Counted from the stretch's first letter, positions 52,841 to 64,000 are shown. The stretch: 64,000 nt of DNA from an uncultured Actinomycetota bacterium (GCA_963733175.1 CAVTCL010000018.1:39859-103858), one strand, 5' to 3'. Translations and numbers: made by a program. The notes: generated by a model from the letters alone, not told the origin.

Positions 52841-55316
52841 ATGGAGCTCTCACGGAGGCAGTTTCTCGCGTTCCTTGGCGTGACCGGAGGTGCCGCCGCC
52901 GCCGACACGCTGCTGGTGACCGCCGCCGTCGGGGCGGAGGTGTCGGTGGGCGACTTTCTCGGGCGGGGCGCCACGCCGGTTCGGCTCCCGCATCAGCTCC
53001 CGATCTATCTGAGCAGCGAGAGCTTCCTGCCCACCTCCGGCCAGGTGGGCGACTTCGGCGCACCGCTGGCCGAGTACAAGGTGCTGGACGACGTGGTCGT
53101 CGCGCCCGAGTTCGAGCGGTATCTCATCGTCGCCTGGGGCGACCGGGTGTTCGACGACCGCGACCAGTACGTCGGCTACAACGCCGACTACACGGCGTTC
53201 CGCCGGCTCCGCGGCTCCGGCGACGGGTTCCTGTGGGTGAACCACGAGTACATCTCGTTCCCGCTGTCGCTCGGCGCGCCGGAGACGCCGGCGACGCTGC
53301 AGACGGCCAACCCACGCCCCGCGACCTCGTTCCCGGCCGTGGTGGGCTTCGACATCGACGGCCCGACCGTGCCCCAGGGGACCCGCTGGGGCGAGTTCCT
53401 CTACAACATGGGCGGCACGATCGTGCGGCTCCGCAAGGGCCACAGCGGCCGCTACGCCCCCGTGGCCGACCGGCGCAACCGCCGCATCCACGGCCTGTCC
53501 GGGCTGGCCCTCAACGCCGGCCGGAGCGACCTGCGCCCCGACGGCACGCCCTTCTCGTCGCTGGTGTCGTGGGGCGACCGTCCCCACCAGCAGGGCGACC
53601 GGAGGTATCTGATCGGCACCGGGCCCGCCGCCACCGAGGTCATGCCCCACTCCAGCGACGGCCTCGGCAACCGGATCATCGGCACCGGCTTCGGCTGCTC
53701 CGGCGCGCTGACCCCATGGGGCACGGTGCTGTCGTGCGAGGAGAACTTCCAGGGCGGCGCCGGCGCCTTCTTCGTCGGCGTGCAGGAGAACGTGCTGCCC
53801 GACGGCACCCAGACCGGCTACGTCGTCGGCACCCCGGCGACCGTCACCGACCCCGTCAGCGGCCAGACGTTCCACAACTACACCACCGGGACCTTCTTCG
53901 GGCTGGTCGGGGAGAAGTACGGCTGGGTGGTGGAGATCGACCCGGCCGACCCAACCTGGCGCGCGCGCAAGCACACCGCGATGGGCCGGGTGCGTCACGA
54001 GAACGTGGCCATGCGGGCCGTGCCCGGCCGCAAGCTGGTCGCCTACATGGGCGACGACCGCCGCGGCGGCCACATCTGGAAGTACGTCAGCGACGGGAAG
54101 GTCCATGACCCCGACAGCCGCTCCACCTCGCGGCTGCTGGAGAAGGGCACGCTGTACGTCGCCCGCCTCGACCCGGGCGCCACCGGCGGCACGGGCGAGT
54201 GGATCCCGCTGGTGGCGGACACCCCCGTCGACCCGATCGCCCCGTCGGCGCTGGCGGCCGCCGAGGCGGCGGCCCGCGGCGTCCCGGTGGAGACCGTCAC
54301 CGCCGCCAAGATCCGGCTGCCCAAGCGCGCCGGCGTGGCCGGCCAGACCAGCGACGGCGGCCCCTACGACGTCTTCATCGCCACCGAGGCGGCGGACCTG
54401 GCGTCGTACCGGACCAAGGGCGGCACGGTCGCCGCGGCCACCCTCGGCGACTACTACACCAGCCAGGGCGCGATCCTGGTCGACGCCTTCCTCGCCGGGA
54501 ACCTCGCCGGCGGCACCCCGTCGGCCCGGCCGGAGGACCTGGAGGTGAGCCCCCACAACCGGCGCGAGACCTTCATCGCCTACACCGACGGCGCCCCCGG
54601 CGGCGACGGCTACCCCGACTCGCGGGTGTTCGTCGTCGGCAAGTACACCCCGGAGGTGGACGACACCCAGCAGTTCGGCGGCCTCTACAAGATCAGGGAG
54701 GACAGCCACGACTCCACCGGCACCACCTTCCGCTGGGAGCGGTTCCAGCAGGGCGGCGAGTCCGGCGCCGAGGACGGCGACGGCTTCGCCAACCTGGACA
54801 ACCTCGCCTTCGACGAGGACGGCAACGTCTGGGGCGTGACCGACATGTCCACCGCGCTGCACAACGGCTTCACGACCGTCTACAGCGGCCCGACGCTCCA
54901 GCCCGGCACCACCGCCATCGACCACACCTCGACCGGCTCGGCGGCCGGCAACCTGGTCGGCACCTTCGGCACCAACTGGATCTTCTACCTGCCGGTGCGG
55001 GGACGCGCCGCCGGCGTGATCCACCCGTTCGGCTACGGTCCGCCGCGCTGCGAGATGACCGGGCCCACCTTCGTCGGCGACACGCTGCTGCTGTCGGTGC
55101 AGCACCCCAGCGAGGACTCGCCGATCAACGGCGACCCGAACGCCGGCGGGGTCGCCGCGTCGATCCTGACCCGGCGCGGTCGAGATGCTCGACCTCGCCG
55201 GCGGCCTGTACGTGCAGGTCCGCACGGTCCCCCGCGGCAGCAACTGGCCCAACACCGGGCCGGCGGAGCCTCCCAAGCCGTCGGTGATCGGCATCCGGCG
55301 CCTGGGCGGTAAATGA
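52841..55316 (+). CDS. phoX: PhoX-family alkaline phosphatase (DUF839), Tat-exported; frameshift near 55180
   Basis: SRRQFL Tat motif, [47 protein letters not shown]. Confidence 0.88.
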
Positions 55317-55446
55317 AGCCACGTCCGTTCCGCCGCGGCTGACGAACGAGCCCCGCCGACGCCGGAAGGAGCCGACCCAGGCGCCGGATCCAAGGCCGCT
55401 GCTCTAGAGTGCCTGGACGGCAACCACACCCAGGGCGACCTGCAAC

Positions 55447-56775
55447 GTGACCTCGACCGGGGCGCCGGGGCCGTCGCCGCCTGGCGACCCCGGCGCCGAC
55501 GCCTCCTCCGCCCGCCGCATCCGGCTGCACGGCTGGCACCATCCGGCCATCCTGGCCGTGGCCGCGGCCACCGTGGCCGCCGGCTTCGCCCAGTTCGGGG
55601 CCACCACCGCCCTTGGCGACGTGGCCCGGGCCTTCGGCGAGACCAGCGACGGCACCTCGGTGGTGGCCAGGGTCGGGCTGTCCGGCACCACCCTGGGGAT
55701 CGGGCTGGCCATCGTGCGCCTGGCGTCCCTGGCCAGCCTGCCGCTGGCCGCCCTGGCCGACAGCTACGGCCGCCGCCGGATGCTGCTCGGCTGCGTGACC
55801 GGCGGCCTGGCCGTCACCGCCCTGGCCGCCCTGAGCCCCGGCTACTGGTGGTTCGTGGCCCTGTTCGCCTTCGGCCGGCCGATGCTGTCGGCCACCAACG
55901 CCATCGCCGTGGTGGTGGCGGCCGAGGAGACCGAGACCCGCGACCGGGCCAAGGCGATCGCCCTGATGACGGCCGGGTACGGCATCGGCGCCGGGCTGAC
56001 CGCGCTGGTCCGCGGGGTCGCGGGCGACGGGCTCGGGTTCCGCGGCCTGTTCGCCCTCGCCGTGGTGCCCCTGGCCGCCATCCCCCTGCTCGCCCGCCGG
56101 CTCGAGGAGCCCGACCGCTTCCAGCGGCTCCGGACCGCCGAGGACCCCGAGCTGGCCGCCGCCCGACCCGCCGTCCTCGGGAGGGTCAGGGCCGACCTGC
56201 GCCCCCGCCTGTGGCTGCTGGCCTCGCTCGCCTTCGCGATCGCGTTCGTCACCGGGCCGATGAACACCTTCCTGTTCGTGTACGCCGAGAACGCGCTGGG
56301 GATGTCCCGCTCCTCCACCGCCGCCATGGTCCTGGCCGCCGGGCCCATCGGCCTGGCCGGGCTCCTGGTCGGGCGGTGGGCGGCCGACCGGCTGGGGCGC
56401 CGGATCACCGCCGCGAGCGCCCAGGCGATGGTGGCGCTGGCCGGGATGCTGACCTACAGCGGTTCGCGGGCCGCGGTGGCCGCCGGCTACCTGGCGGCGA
56501 TCCTGGTCGCCTCGGCCTACGCGCCCTCCTTCGGCGCCCTCAGCGCCGAGCTGTTCCCGACCAGCGTTCGGGCCACCGTCGCCGGGTGGCTGGTGGCCGC
56601 CGGTGTCCTGGGTGCGGTCGCCGGGCTGGTCGCGTTCGGCCTGCTCACCGACGCCCTGGCCAGCTTCGCGACCGCCGCCGTGCTGATCTGCGCCCCGGTG
56701 ATCCTGACCTGCGTCCTGTTCGCCCGCCTGCCCGAGACCCGCGGGCTGGAGCTGGAGCAGTCGGCTCCCGACTGA
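55447..56775 (+). CDS. MFS transporter
   Basis: ADSYGRRR and ADRLGRR motifs, ELFPT, LPETRG, about 12 TM. Confidence 0.88.
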   Translation: MTSTGAPGPSPPGDPGADASSARRIRLHGWHHPAILAVAAATVAAGFAQFGATTALGDVARAFGETSDGTSVVARVGLSGTTLGIGLAIVRLASLASLPLAALADSYGRRRMLLGCVTGGLAVTALAALSPGYWWFVALFAFGRPMLSATNAIAVVVAAEETETRDRAKAIALMTAGYGIGAGLTALVRGVAGDGLGFRGLFALAVVPLAAIPLLARRLEEPDRFQRLRTAEDPELAAARPAVLGRVRADLRPRLWLLASLAFAIAFVTGPMNTFLFVYAENALGMSRSSTAAMVLAAGPIGLAGLLVGRWAADRLGRRITAASAQAMVALAGMLTYSGSRAAVAAGYLAAILVASAYAPSFGALSAELFPTSVRATVAGWLVAAGVLGAVAGLVAFGLLTDALASFATAAVLICAPVILTCVLFARLPETRGLELEQSAPD

Positions 56776-56898
56776 GGCCCCCGGTCCCGTATCCTGCTGC
56801 GGCGCTGCGGCTCTGCCCGGTTAGGCGGGTCCGCTCGGGGGGCAGTGAGGGTGGGCGTCGCCGAACGGCGCGGATTGGCAAGAGCAAGGAGGACGGGC

Positions 56899-58110
56899 AT
56901 GGCGGCCTTCGACCCGGCGACCCTCGACCGCTGGCGGGCGCTCGCGATCGTCGACCGAGACGGCAGCACGGTCGGGACCATCAGCGAGTTCTACCTGGAC
57001 CGCGAGACCGGCCACCCGACCTGGGCGCTGGTCAACACCGGCCTGTTCGGCACCACCCAGACGTTCGTCCCCCTGGTCCACGCCACCGAGATCAGCGACG
57101 GCCTCCAGGTCCCCTACGAGAAGCGCCACATCAAGGACTCCCCCAGGGTCGACCTCCACGACGAGCTCAGCCCGGACGAGGAAGCCACCCTGTTCGCCCA
57201 CTACGGGGTGGAGTACCAGCTCCACCCGCCGACCGACGCCGAAGCCGGCCCCGCGGACACCGAACACGAGCCTGGCGAGGCCCCCGACCCGGCCCCGGCG
57301 GGAGCAGGGCTCACCGGTTCGCCAGCCGCCGCCGACCCCGAGCCCGATCCCGGTCCCGGCGAGCCCCCCGGCCCGGTCCCGGCCGACCCAGGGTCGGTCG
57401 ACACCGAACCGGGGTCCGCTCCAGCCGCCACCACCGAACCGGTCCCCGACGAGCCCGGCACGACCGGGGACGACACGACTCTGGCCGGGGACGGGTCCGG
57501 GTCGGCCGACGGCCTCTCGTCGGCCGAGCACCCCGAGGGCACCGGGATCCCCGAAGGTCCCGGGATCCCCGAGCGCCCGGACGACCCCGATCCCGCGCTG
57601 ACCACGGCGGACGGCTCTGGCTTCGACTCGGCCCAGGCCGGGCCGGCCGACCCCGACCTCGCCCGGACCGCGCCGGTGGCCCACGGGCTCCCCGGGTCGA
57701 CCGCGGCCTCTCCGTACGGGTTCGGCCCGCCGACGATCGACAAGGGCGCCGACCCGTCCGAGCTCCCCGCGGAGGAGCCCTCCCGGCCGCCCGCCGAGGC
57801 CGGCTGGGCGCCGGGCGCCGCCGGGAGCTTCGAGGAGCACGAGCCGGTGGACCGCCCCGCCGGCGCCAGCGACCGCTGGCGCGAGGCCAAGGCGGCCGCC
57901 GAACGCGAGCGGATCGCACGTGCCGCCGCCGCCCAGCCCGAGGAGCGCTCTCCCCTCGAGCGGGCCAGGCGCCGCCTGGAACGCCTCGTCGGCGGCGGCC
58001 AGGACCACCCCGACCCCGACGACATCTCCCCCGCCGAACGCGAAGCCGCCGAACGCGCCCGCCGCGCCCGCCTCGGCCTCGACGAGGAAGACCACCGCCG
58101 CAAGCGCTGA
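56899..58110 (+). CDS. PRC-barrel domain protein with acidic Pro-rich linker and Arg/Glu-rich tail
   Basis: VDRDGSTVG, YLDRETG.P.WALVNTGLFG, LQVPYEK..IKDSP, LFAHYG. AGGAGG RBS. Confidence 0.8.
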   Translation: MAAFDPATLDRWRALAIVDRDGSTVGTISEFYLDRETGHPTWALVNTGLFGTTQTFVPLVHATEISDGLQVPYEKRHIKDSPRVDLHDELSPDEEATLFAHYGVEYQLHPPTDAEAGPADTEHEPGEAPDPAPAGAGLTGSPAAADPEPDPGPGEPPGPVPADPGSVDTEPGSAPAATTEPVPDEPGTTGDDTTLAGDGSGSADGLSSAEHPEGTGIPEGPGIPERPDDPDPALTTADGSGFDSAQAGPADPDLARTAPVAHGLPGSTAASPYGFGPPTIDKGADPSELPAEEPSRPPAEAGWAPGAAGSFEEHEPVDRPAGASDRWREAKAAAERERIARAAAAQPEERSPLERARRRLERLVGGGQDHPDPDDISPAEREAAERARRARLGLDEEDHRRKR

Positions 58111-58158
58111 CAGGCCCGGCCCCGTCCCCGGAACCTGCTCCAGCTGGCGGGAGGGCGC

Positions 58159-60234
58159 TCAGGCGGGTTCGGGGGATGCGGGTGCCTGGGTCGAGGGTTC
58201 GGCCAGTCGACCGGCCGCGGTCGAGGCCAGTTGCCGGAGCGCCGCCGGGCGGTCGGCGACCTGGCCCCCCTGGAGACGGATCGACACGGCGACCTCGCCC
58301 CGGACGACCGCGATCATGTCACCGCGCAGGAAGGCCTCGTCGCCGACGCCCGGGACGGCCTCGCCGAAGCGCCGGTTCACGCGGACCAGCAGCCTGACCA
58401 GGTCCCCGGCCGCCGTGAACACGGACACCGATCCACCGCCCGACGCCGCCCGGTACTGGCACCCGCGCATCCGCCCCACCGGCAGCGGCTGCTCGACGAG
58501 CGGCCGAGCCGCCTCCACCGCCTCCCCCAGGGCGAGCGCGGCATCCTCCCCCGTCACCACCCTGGCCGGGTCCACCCCCGGATCGGCCAGAGCTCCAGCG
58601 ACCCCGGCCACCCACGCGGCCCCCGCCGGGACCCCGTCCCGGTCGGTCCCCGTCGCCACCAGGTCCCCATCCAGCCCCGCCCCGGCCCCTTCCGGCCCGG
58701 CGTCCTGCCCGGCATCCGCCGGCTCCCCGGGCGCCGCGACGGTCCCTCCCTGCCCAGCCCCTGCCGGCACCCCGGACGCCGTGGGGGCCCGGCCCTCGCT
58801 GACGAGCTCGACCCGGAAGACGTGCCCCAGCCGCGGCCCGATGGTGGCCCTGACCACCCCGCCCTCCCGGAAGCGGCCATACACGTCCGCCGGGACCAGC
58901 CACGCCTTCACCTTGTCCGAGCGCCCGGAGTCGACGGCCATGAAGTGGGCGAGCTTGTCGTTCCCCCGGCTGTAGGACCGCCTGCGCACGACCTGCCCCT
59001 CGACCTCCCGCCTGGACACGAGGTCGAGCACGGCCCTGAGCATCGTCCACACGCCCCACCCGGCGACCAGCAGGGCGGCCACGGCCAGCAGGGTCGATGC
59101 CGTGCGGACCCACCGGGCCGCCTGGTCGGCCTCGGCGTACCCGTCGGTCCAGCCGCGCAGGCCGAGCATCAGCCGCAGGCCCACGTAGCCGGCCACCGCC
59201 TCGACCAGGCCGACGAGGAACGCGAGCGGCGGCTTGCGACCCCAGGCGAACCCGAGCCGCGGGTACCTGACCTTCACCACCCGCCAACGTCCGCCAAAGG
59301 CGGACCAGGCCCGATGATCGTCCTCGGCCCCCATCGGCAGGGCATGCACCGCCGCCGTGGCCACCCCCAGGGCGGCGCCGTAGCCCAGATACCGGTCCCA
59401 GATGGCCACCGACGCCGGCGGCAGGGTCGGGAACACCTCGTTGCGCCCGAGGTAGTCGCGGACGCCGAGCCACCGGGCGGCCGCCTCCGCCCCGGCCGGC
59501 GTGTCCCGCTGGTCGCCGAAGAGCTTGATCGACGAGGTGAGCACGACCCAGATCACCAGCCCGGCGCCGATGGTGCCGAAGTCCAGGCCGCCGGCGGCGT
59601 TGGCGTACAGGACCCCGAGCCCGGCGGGCACCAGCGCGGCCGCCCGGAGGATCGCCTTGGCCGACCCGCTCCAGCGGTCGCGGGCCAGCCCCCGTCCGCG
59701 AGCGTCGCCGACCACCGCGCGCTGGAACGCGCGCCACCACCTGCTCGACTGGTCCTGTGGACCGGTGGTGAGCGCCTCCGCCGGCACGACCCCGTCCACG
59801 GCCAGCCCGGCGACGTGGTCGAGCACCATCCGCTCGTAGGCCTCCAGCCCCTCGCCGGAGGTCCGGCGGACCCGGCACACCGTCCGGCCCGGCCCGTACT
59901 GCTCCAGGTCCACGTAGTCGCGGGCCGCCAGGTCGAGCAGCGTGGCCGGAATGGCGTCGGCCGTCACCCGCCAGTCGTTGGTCAGCAGATCGACAACCGC
60001 CGGCGGCTCTTCGCCCAGCTCCATGGTCGCCGGTCCCGGATCGACGCCCCGGGCCCGGGTCGCGAACGCCATCCCGAGCAGCAGCAGTACCCACAGGACG
60101 ACCGCCGCCACCGTCGCCACCAGCAACGGCGTCGCGAACTGCGGGAAGGTGAGGGCCCCGTCCTCGGCCGCAAGCAGCCACGAAGGGTGGAGCGCCTGCT
60201 CGGCCAGTGCCGCGGCCACCTGCTCGTCCGGCAC
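58159..60234 (-). CDS. DUF2207-family membrane protein
   Basis: EPPAVVDLL, ATLLDLAAR, WDRYLGYGAALGV, TM helices; downstream of lemA as is typical. Start uncertain. Confidence 0.75.
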   Translation of the reverse strand: MPDEQVAAALAEQALHPSWLLAAEDGALTFPQFATPLLVATVAAVVLWVLLLLGMAFATRARGVDPGPATMELGEEPPAVVDLLTNDWRVTADAIPATLLDLAARDYVDLEQYGPGRTVCRVRRTSGEGLEAYERMVLDHVAGLAVDGVVPAEALTTGPQDQSSRWWRAFQRAVVGDARGRGLARDRWSGSAKAILRAAALVPAGLGVLYANAAGGLDFGTIGAGLVIWVVLTSSIKLFGDQRDTPAGAEAAARWLGVRDYLGRNEVFPTLPPASVAIWDRYLGYGAALGVATAAVHALPMGAEDDHRAWSAFGGRWRVVKVRYPRLGFAWGRKPPLAFLVGLVEAVAGYVGLRLMLGLRGWTDGYAEADQAARWVRTASTLLAVAALLVAGWGVWTMLRAVLDLVSRREVEGQVVRRRSYSRGNDKLAHFMAVDSGRSDKVKAWLVPADVYGRFREGGVVRATIGPRLGHVFRVELVSEGRAPTASGVPAGAGQGGTVAAPGEPADAGQDAGPEGAGAGLDGDLVATGTDRDGVPAGAAWVAGVAGALADPGVDPARVVTGEDAALALGEAVEAARPLVEQPLPVGRMRGCQYRAASGGGSVSVFTAAGDLVRLLVRVNRRFGEAVPGVGDEAFLRGDMIAVVRGEVAVSIRLQGGQVADRPAALRQLASTAAGRLAEPSTQAPASPEPA

Positions 60235-60264
60235 CGGGCCCGCCTGCCCGCCGCTCCCGGTCGC

Positions 60265-60870
60265 CTAGAACTGGACCCGGACCGGCCCCCGCTCCTCGCC
60301 GCCGACCTGGAAGTACTCCCGGGTCCGGAACTTGAAGATCGCCGCGAAGATGCTCTGCGGCACGGTGGTGACGGCGTTGTTATAGGTGAGCACGGCGTCG
60401 TTGTAGTACTGGCGGGCGTAGGCGGTGCGGTCCTCGGTGGCCGACAGCTCCTGTTGCAGCTCCAGGAAGTTCTGGCTGGCCCTCAGGTCCGGGTAGGACT
60501 CGGCCACCGCGAACAGGCTCTTCAGCGCGCCGGTGAGCCCGTTCTCGGCCGAGGCCTGGTCCGCCGGGCCCTGGGCGTTGATCGCTCTGGCCCGCGCCTC
60601 GGTGACCGCCTCCAGCGTGCCCCGCTCATGGCTGGCATACCCCTTGACCGTCTCGACCAGGTTGGGGATCAGGTCGTAGCGCCGCTTGAGCTGCACGTCG
60701 ATCTGGCTCCAGGCGTTGTCGACCTGGTTCCGCCGCCGCACGAGCCCGTTGTAGATCAGCACCGACACGACCGCCACCACGACGACGACCGCGAGAACGA
60801 TGAGAGTGGCGGTCACGAGCAGTCCTTTCGCCCTCCAGAAGGGACCACGGTTCCAACCCGGCCAAGTCAC
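60265..60870 (-). CDS. lemA: LemA family protein
   Basis: YNGLV, AWSQIDVQLKRRYDLIPNLVETVKGY, ESYPDL, RQYYN. The true start may be ~60815. Confidence 0.93.
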   Translation of the reverse strand: MTWPGWNRGPFWRAKGLLVTATLIVLAVVVVVAVVSVLIYNGLVRRRNQVDNAWSQIDVQLKRRYDLIPNLVETVKGYASHERGTLEAVTEARARAINAQGPADQASAENGLTGALKSLFAVAESYPDLRASQNFLELQQELSATEDRTAYARQYYNDAVLTYNNAVTTVPQSIFAAIFKFRTREYFQVGGEERGPVRVQF

Positions 60871-60950
60871 AAGCCCCCGACCAAGCGCGCCCCGACCAGG
60901 ACCGGCTCACCGCAGGCTATCCCAAAGCAAGCCAGCCGAGGAACCCCGCC

Positions 60951-61788
60951 TCACCCCGTCAGCACCGTCCGCAACTCCGCCACCGGATACGTCGTCTCCG
61001 CCCCCGACACCAGGTCGTCGACCTCCCCAACCCTCCTCCCATCCAGATACGCCTCAGCCACCCAAACCACCGTCACCCCAACCCGATAGACACCCCGACG
61101 CCGGAAGGTGGTGTTCACCTCACTCTCCAGACCCCGGAGTCCCCGGCCCCTCGGTCACCAACGTCTCCCTTCGCCCGAACGCTCCACCGGTACTCCACCA
61201 CCCGAAACTCCGCCCGCAGCATAGATCCGCCAATGTAGCTGCACCGGCGGCTGCGATCGCACCTTCCACCCAAAAGAACGACTTCAGGTTCGCCAAGTCC
61301 TTCATCTCGGAGCTCACCCCAATCTCCCCGCCCGGCAGTCTTCACCCTCCGCATCGCCGCAAACACTTGAGACAGTGTCACACCGGAGGTGGCAATCTAG
61401 CTTCTCGAGGGTTGAGACACGCAGATCCAGCTGGCTCTTCACGGCCGTCAGGGAAGTGGAGATTTCGCAATGCGAAAGCTTGATTCGTCTGAAGACATGG
61501 CGCCACAGAGCACAATGTTCCAGGGCCTTGTTGACTGCTTGGATCGCAGAGAACTTCGTAGACATAGGACGGCCCAAGGCTGACATTCGCACGCCCTACC
61601 ATTGACGGATGACACTGATAGACTCTTTGCCTGAGCGACAGCATAGCCCCGTTTCCTTGGCTCGAGATATTAGCTCTCAGAGATCCTCGGGAGCATTCCT
61701 CAGCCCACGCATCGGAATTTCCTGGAGAGCTACTGCCCACAAGAATAAGGACTAGGACAACACTGGCAGTCAGAGCAATTCTTGTCAT
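60951..61788 (-). CDS. Secreted Cys-rich protein with C-terminal PKD-like beta domain (frameshifted)
   Basis: Signal peptide MTRIALTASVVLVL, several Cys. C-terminal pieces YRWS.G.GET, GVYRVGVTVVW, YPVAELRTVLTG*. Confidence 0.55.
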
Positions 61789-62370
61789 CAGTCAGCCTTC
61801 CACGACGGACGCCCGGCCAAGGAGCCAACGATGCGCATCTCTTGGTTTCACCAAGGTAAACTCAAACAGATCGCTTCCCGCTGGTTCCTGTACGAATCAA
61901 TTTCCCATTTTCCGTCTCGATCCGAAGGGCCTTCGAGCTAAATAATGCGGTTACCGTCCAAAGTCGTTCGTGGAGCTTGGTAACGCGTCTTATCTCGATG
62001 GACGTCTCTATCCCATCCCACATATAGGCGCGTTGCAACAACTCGTAGATTGCTTTCTCGTCGCTCACCAAGCAAGGGCAATCGCTCGAGTAGATCGAGA
62101 GTAATAGGTCAGGATTTCGAGAACGGTAGGCCGCTTCACGGATCCGCAAGATTTCTCTAAGGCGCGAGACTACTTCTCAGGCGTTGAAGTTGATCGAACT
62201 GCTGCGGATGTGGATGGCTCTAGGTACTCAGGCGTTGTCAATGTGACCTGGTCGTCCTCGCCAGCGATAGAGATGACTACAACTGAGGACCGCCGCCAGC
62301 GAGGCTGCTAGGCCTATGGTGATAAGGCGTCGGGTAGTACTCGACGGAGCCAAGGGATCTCCGAGCGGCA
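61788..62370 (-). CDS. Putative secreted/lipoprotein hypothetical protein (frameshifted)
   Basis: RRLITIGLAASLAAVLSCS hydrophobic leader, then IREAAYRSRNPDLLLSIYSSDCPC. Low-GC codon usage. Confidence 0.45.
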
Positions 62371-62816
62371 TGGTCTTCCTCTTGGTGGGGCTGGATGGTA
62401 AGTGACCAGCTAGGCGCCTACAACCGGCAATGATGCTGTTGTGGACAAACGATCCACTCATCGAGCGGCAGTACTCAAGGGTATAGGTGTGACTTTACTA
62501 CCAATTGGGTCCAGAGGAGGTCAGGCCAGGCCGTGCATCGCATGATCGGCCAGCCGACGAGTGGCGGCGGGCAACGAAGCGGGCTCCGGTGCGTGAAGCG
62601 GGTGGGTCGCATAGGGGTACCCGGCGGCCCCGAAGTCTAGGTCGACTGTCGCGGCGAGGTCCTCGCGAGACAGTCCTGCGCATTAAGGTCGACTCCATCC
62701 ATGGCGGAATTGCAGCGCAAGCTGCATCGAGCCGAAGTGTCGGGAACAGCGGGAATACTGGTGAACAGCTGGACGCTGGGGCTGCTGAGTGTTGCCGAGG
62801 GGCTGAGGGGCTGAGG

Positions 62817-63580
62817 ATGGAGTACTGGACTCCGGCGAGGGCGCTGGTGGTGGTGGCGCATCCGGATGACATCGAGTTTGGGTGTGCGGGAACGGTGGCG
62901 CGGTGGGTTCATGAGGGGGCGCACGTCACCTATGCGTTGGTGACCAATGGGGCTGCGGGGTCGAGTGACCCGGAGATGACGCGGGAACGGCTGGCGGAGT
63001 TGCGGGAGGCGGAGGCGAGGGCGTCGGCCAAGGTGGTGGGGGTCGACCAGGTGGAGTTCCTGGGGTATGAGGATGGGCTGCTGGAACCGACCCTGGAGGT
63101 TCGGGAGAAGATCGTGCGGCTGATCCGGCGGGTGCGGCCGGAGGTGGTGGTGACGACCGATCCGACGACCCGGTACTTCGCGGACCGGTACATCAACCAT
63201 CCGGACCACCGGGCGGCCGGGGAGGCGACGCTGGCGGCGGTGATCCCGGGGTCGGACACGCGGCTGGCCTACCCGGAGCTGATGGAGGAGGGGCTGGAGC
63301 CGGTCAAGCTGACCGGGGTCTGGGTGATGATGAACATCGAGCCGAACCTGGTCGTGGACATCGGCGAGTTCATCGACAAGAAGATCGAGAGCCTTGCCTG
63401 CCACGTCACCCAGGTCGGCGAGGACCTGGGTGAGGATGCCGCGGGTTCGTGCGCGGCATGGCCGAGTTCTCAGCGGCCGACCAGCCGTTCCGCTACGGGG
63501 AGGCGTTCCGGGTGTTCCGGTTCGACCTGCCCTGGGAGCCGCCCCGCGCCGACCCGGAGGCCCCGCTCAGCGAGGCCTGA
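62817..63580 (+). CDS. PIG-L/LmbE-family deacetylase (frameshift near 63445)
   Basis: VVAHPDD, REAEA, HPDHRA, CHVTQ. Confidence 0.88.
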
Positions 63581-63606
63581 CCGGTCCGACCCCGCTCCCG
63601 TCCGGG

Positions 63607-64000
63607 TCAGAGGACGGTGAGGCGGACGTCGACGTTGCCGCGGGTTGCCCGGGAGTAGGGGCAGCGGCGGTGGGCCTTGGCGACCAGGGACTCGGCCTCG
63701 TCGGGGGGGAGGTTGGGCACGGTGACCCGGAGCTCGACGTCGATGGCGAAGCCGCCCTCGGGGTGCTTGGCCAGGGCGACCAGGGCGGTCACCGAGGTCT
63801 GGCCGGGGTCGAGCTTCTCCATCCGGGCGACGGTGGCCAGGGCGTTGTCGAAGCAGGCGGCGTAGCCGGCGGCGAACAGCTGCTCGGGGTTGGTGCCCTC
63901 GCCGGAGCCGCCGACCTCCTTGGGGGGATTGATCTGGACGTCGATGGCGCCGTCGGAGGAGTAGGCGCGGCCGTTCTTGCGGCCGCCGGTGGCGGTGGCT
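63607..64000 (-). CDS. ohr: Organic hydroperoxide resistance protein (5' end off window)
   Basis: ATGGR, GTNPEQLFAAGYAACF, AHRRCPYSRATRGNV. Confidence 0.93.
   Translation of the reverse strand, partial: ATATGGRKNGRAYSSDGAIDVQINPPKEVGGSGEGTNPEQLFAAGYAACFDNALATVARMEKLDPGQTSVTALVALAKHPEGGFAIDVELRVTVPNLPPDEAESLVAKAHRRCPYSRATRGNVDVRLTVL

Noticed and set aside
62470-62816. Possible ncRNA or N-terminal extension upstream of the PIG-L gene
   Set aside because: No recognisable RNA motif. The upstream in-frame translation is not protein-like; homology starts at MEYWTP.

Overview
Very GC-rich actinobacterial chromosomal segment, apparently a long-read or MAG-type assembly, with many single-base frameshifts inside otherwise intact genes. 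Left to right: the 5' end of a PdtaR-like response regulator lies directly downstream of gltB. The gltB leader carries a sigma-A promoter, two A1/G4 hexaloop hairpins of the ANTAR-RNA type and an overlapping terminator-like stem. Next come an operon of a DUF4397 surface protein, a class F sortase and a ~1400-aa multidomain membrane protein, then a PdtaS-like kinase, a D-2-hydroxyacid dehydrogenase, an S9 peptidase, an SDR and an ECF sigma/anti-sigma pair. These are followed by argCJBDRGH with ARG boxes, lysA, an orphan ABC ATPase, a P450, a secreted SGNH hydrolase and nucS. A lower-GC, frameshift-rich accessory block (~32.2-40.9 kb) holds two methyltransferases, an MFS transporter, an MBL hydrolase and a BTAD regulator plus a small CxC protein enclosed by a perfect 134-bp inverted repeat, then ScyD/E-like, GrpB-like and MOSC genes. 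After it come a cobalamin riboswitch with metE, a VWA-MoxR-VWA cluster with a 1245-bp diverged tandem duplication, an NPP/5'-nucleotidase fusion divergent from phoX, MFS, PRC-barrel, DUF2207 and lemA genes, a low-GC secreted-protein pair, a PIG-L deacetylase and ohr. No rRNA, tRNA, CRISPR array or transposase was seen. All family calls come from motif recognition by eye, not database searches.
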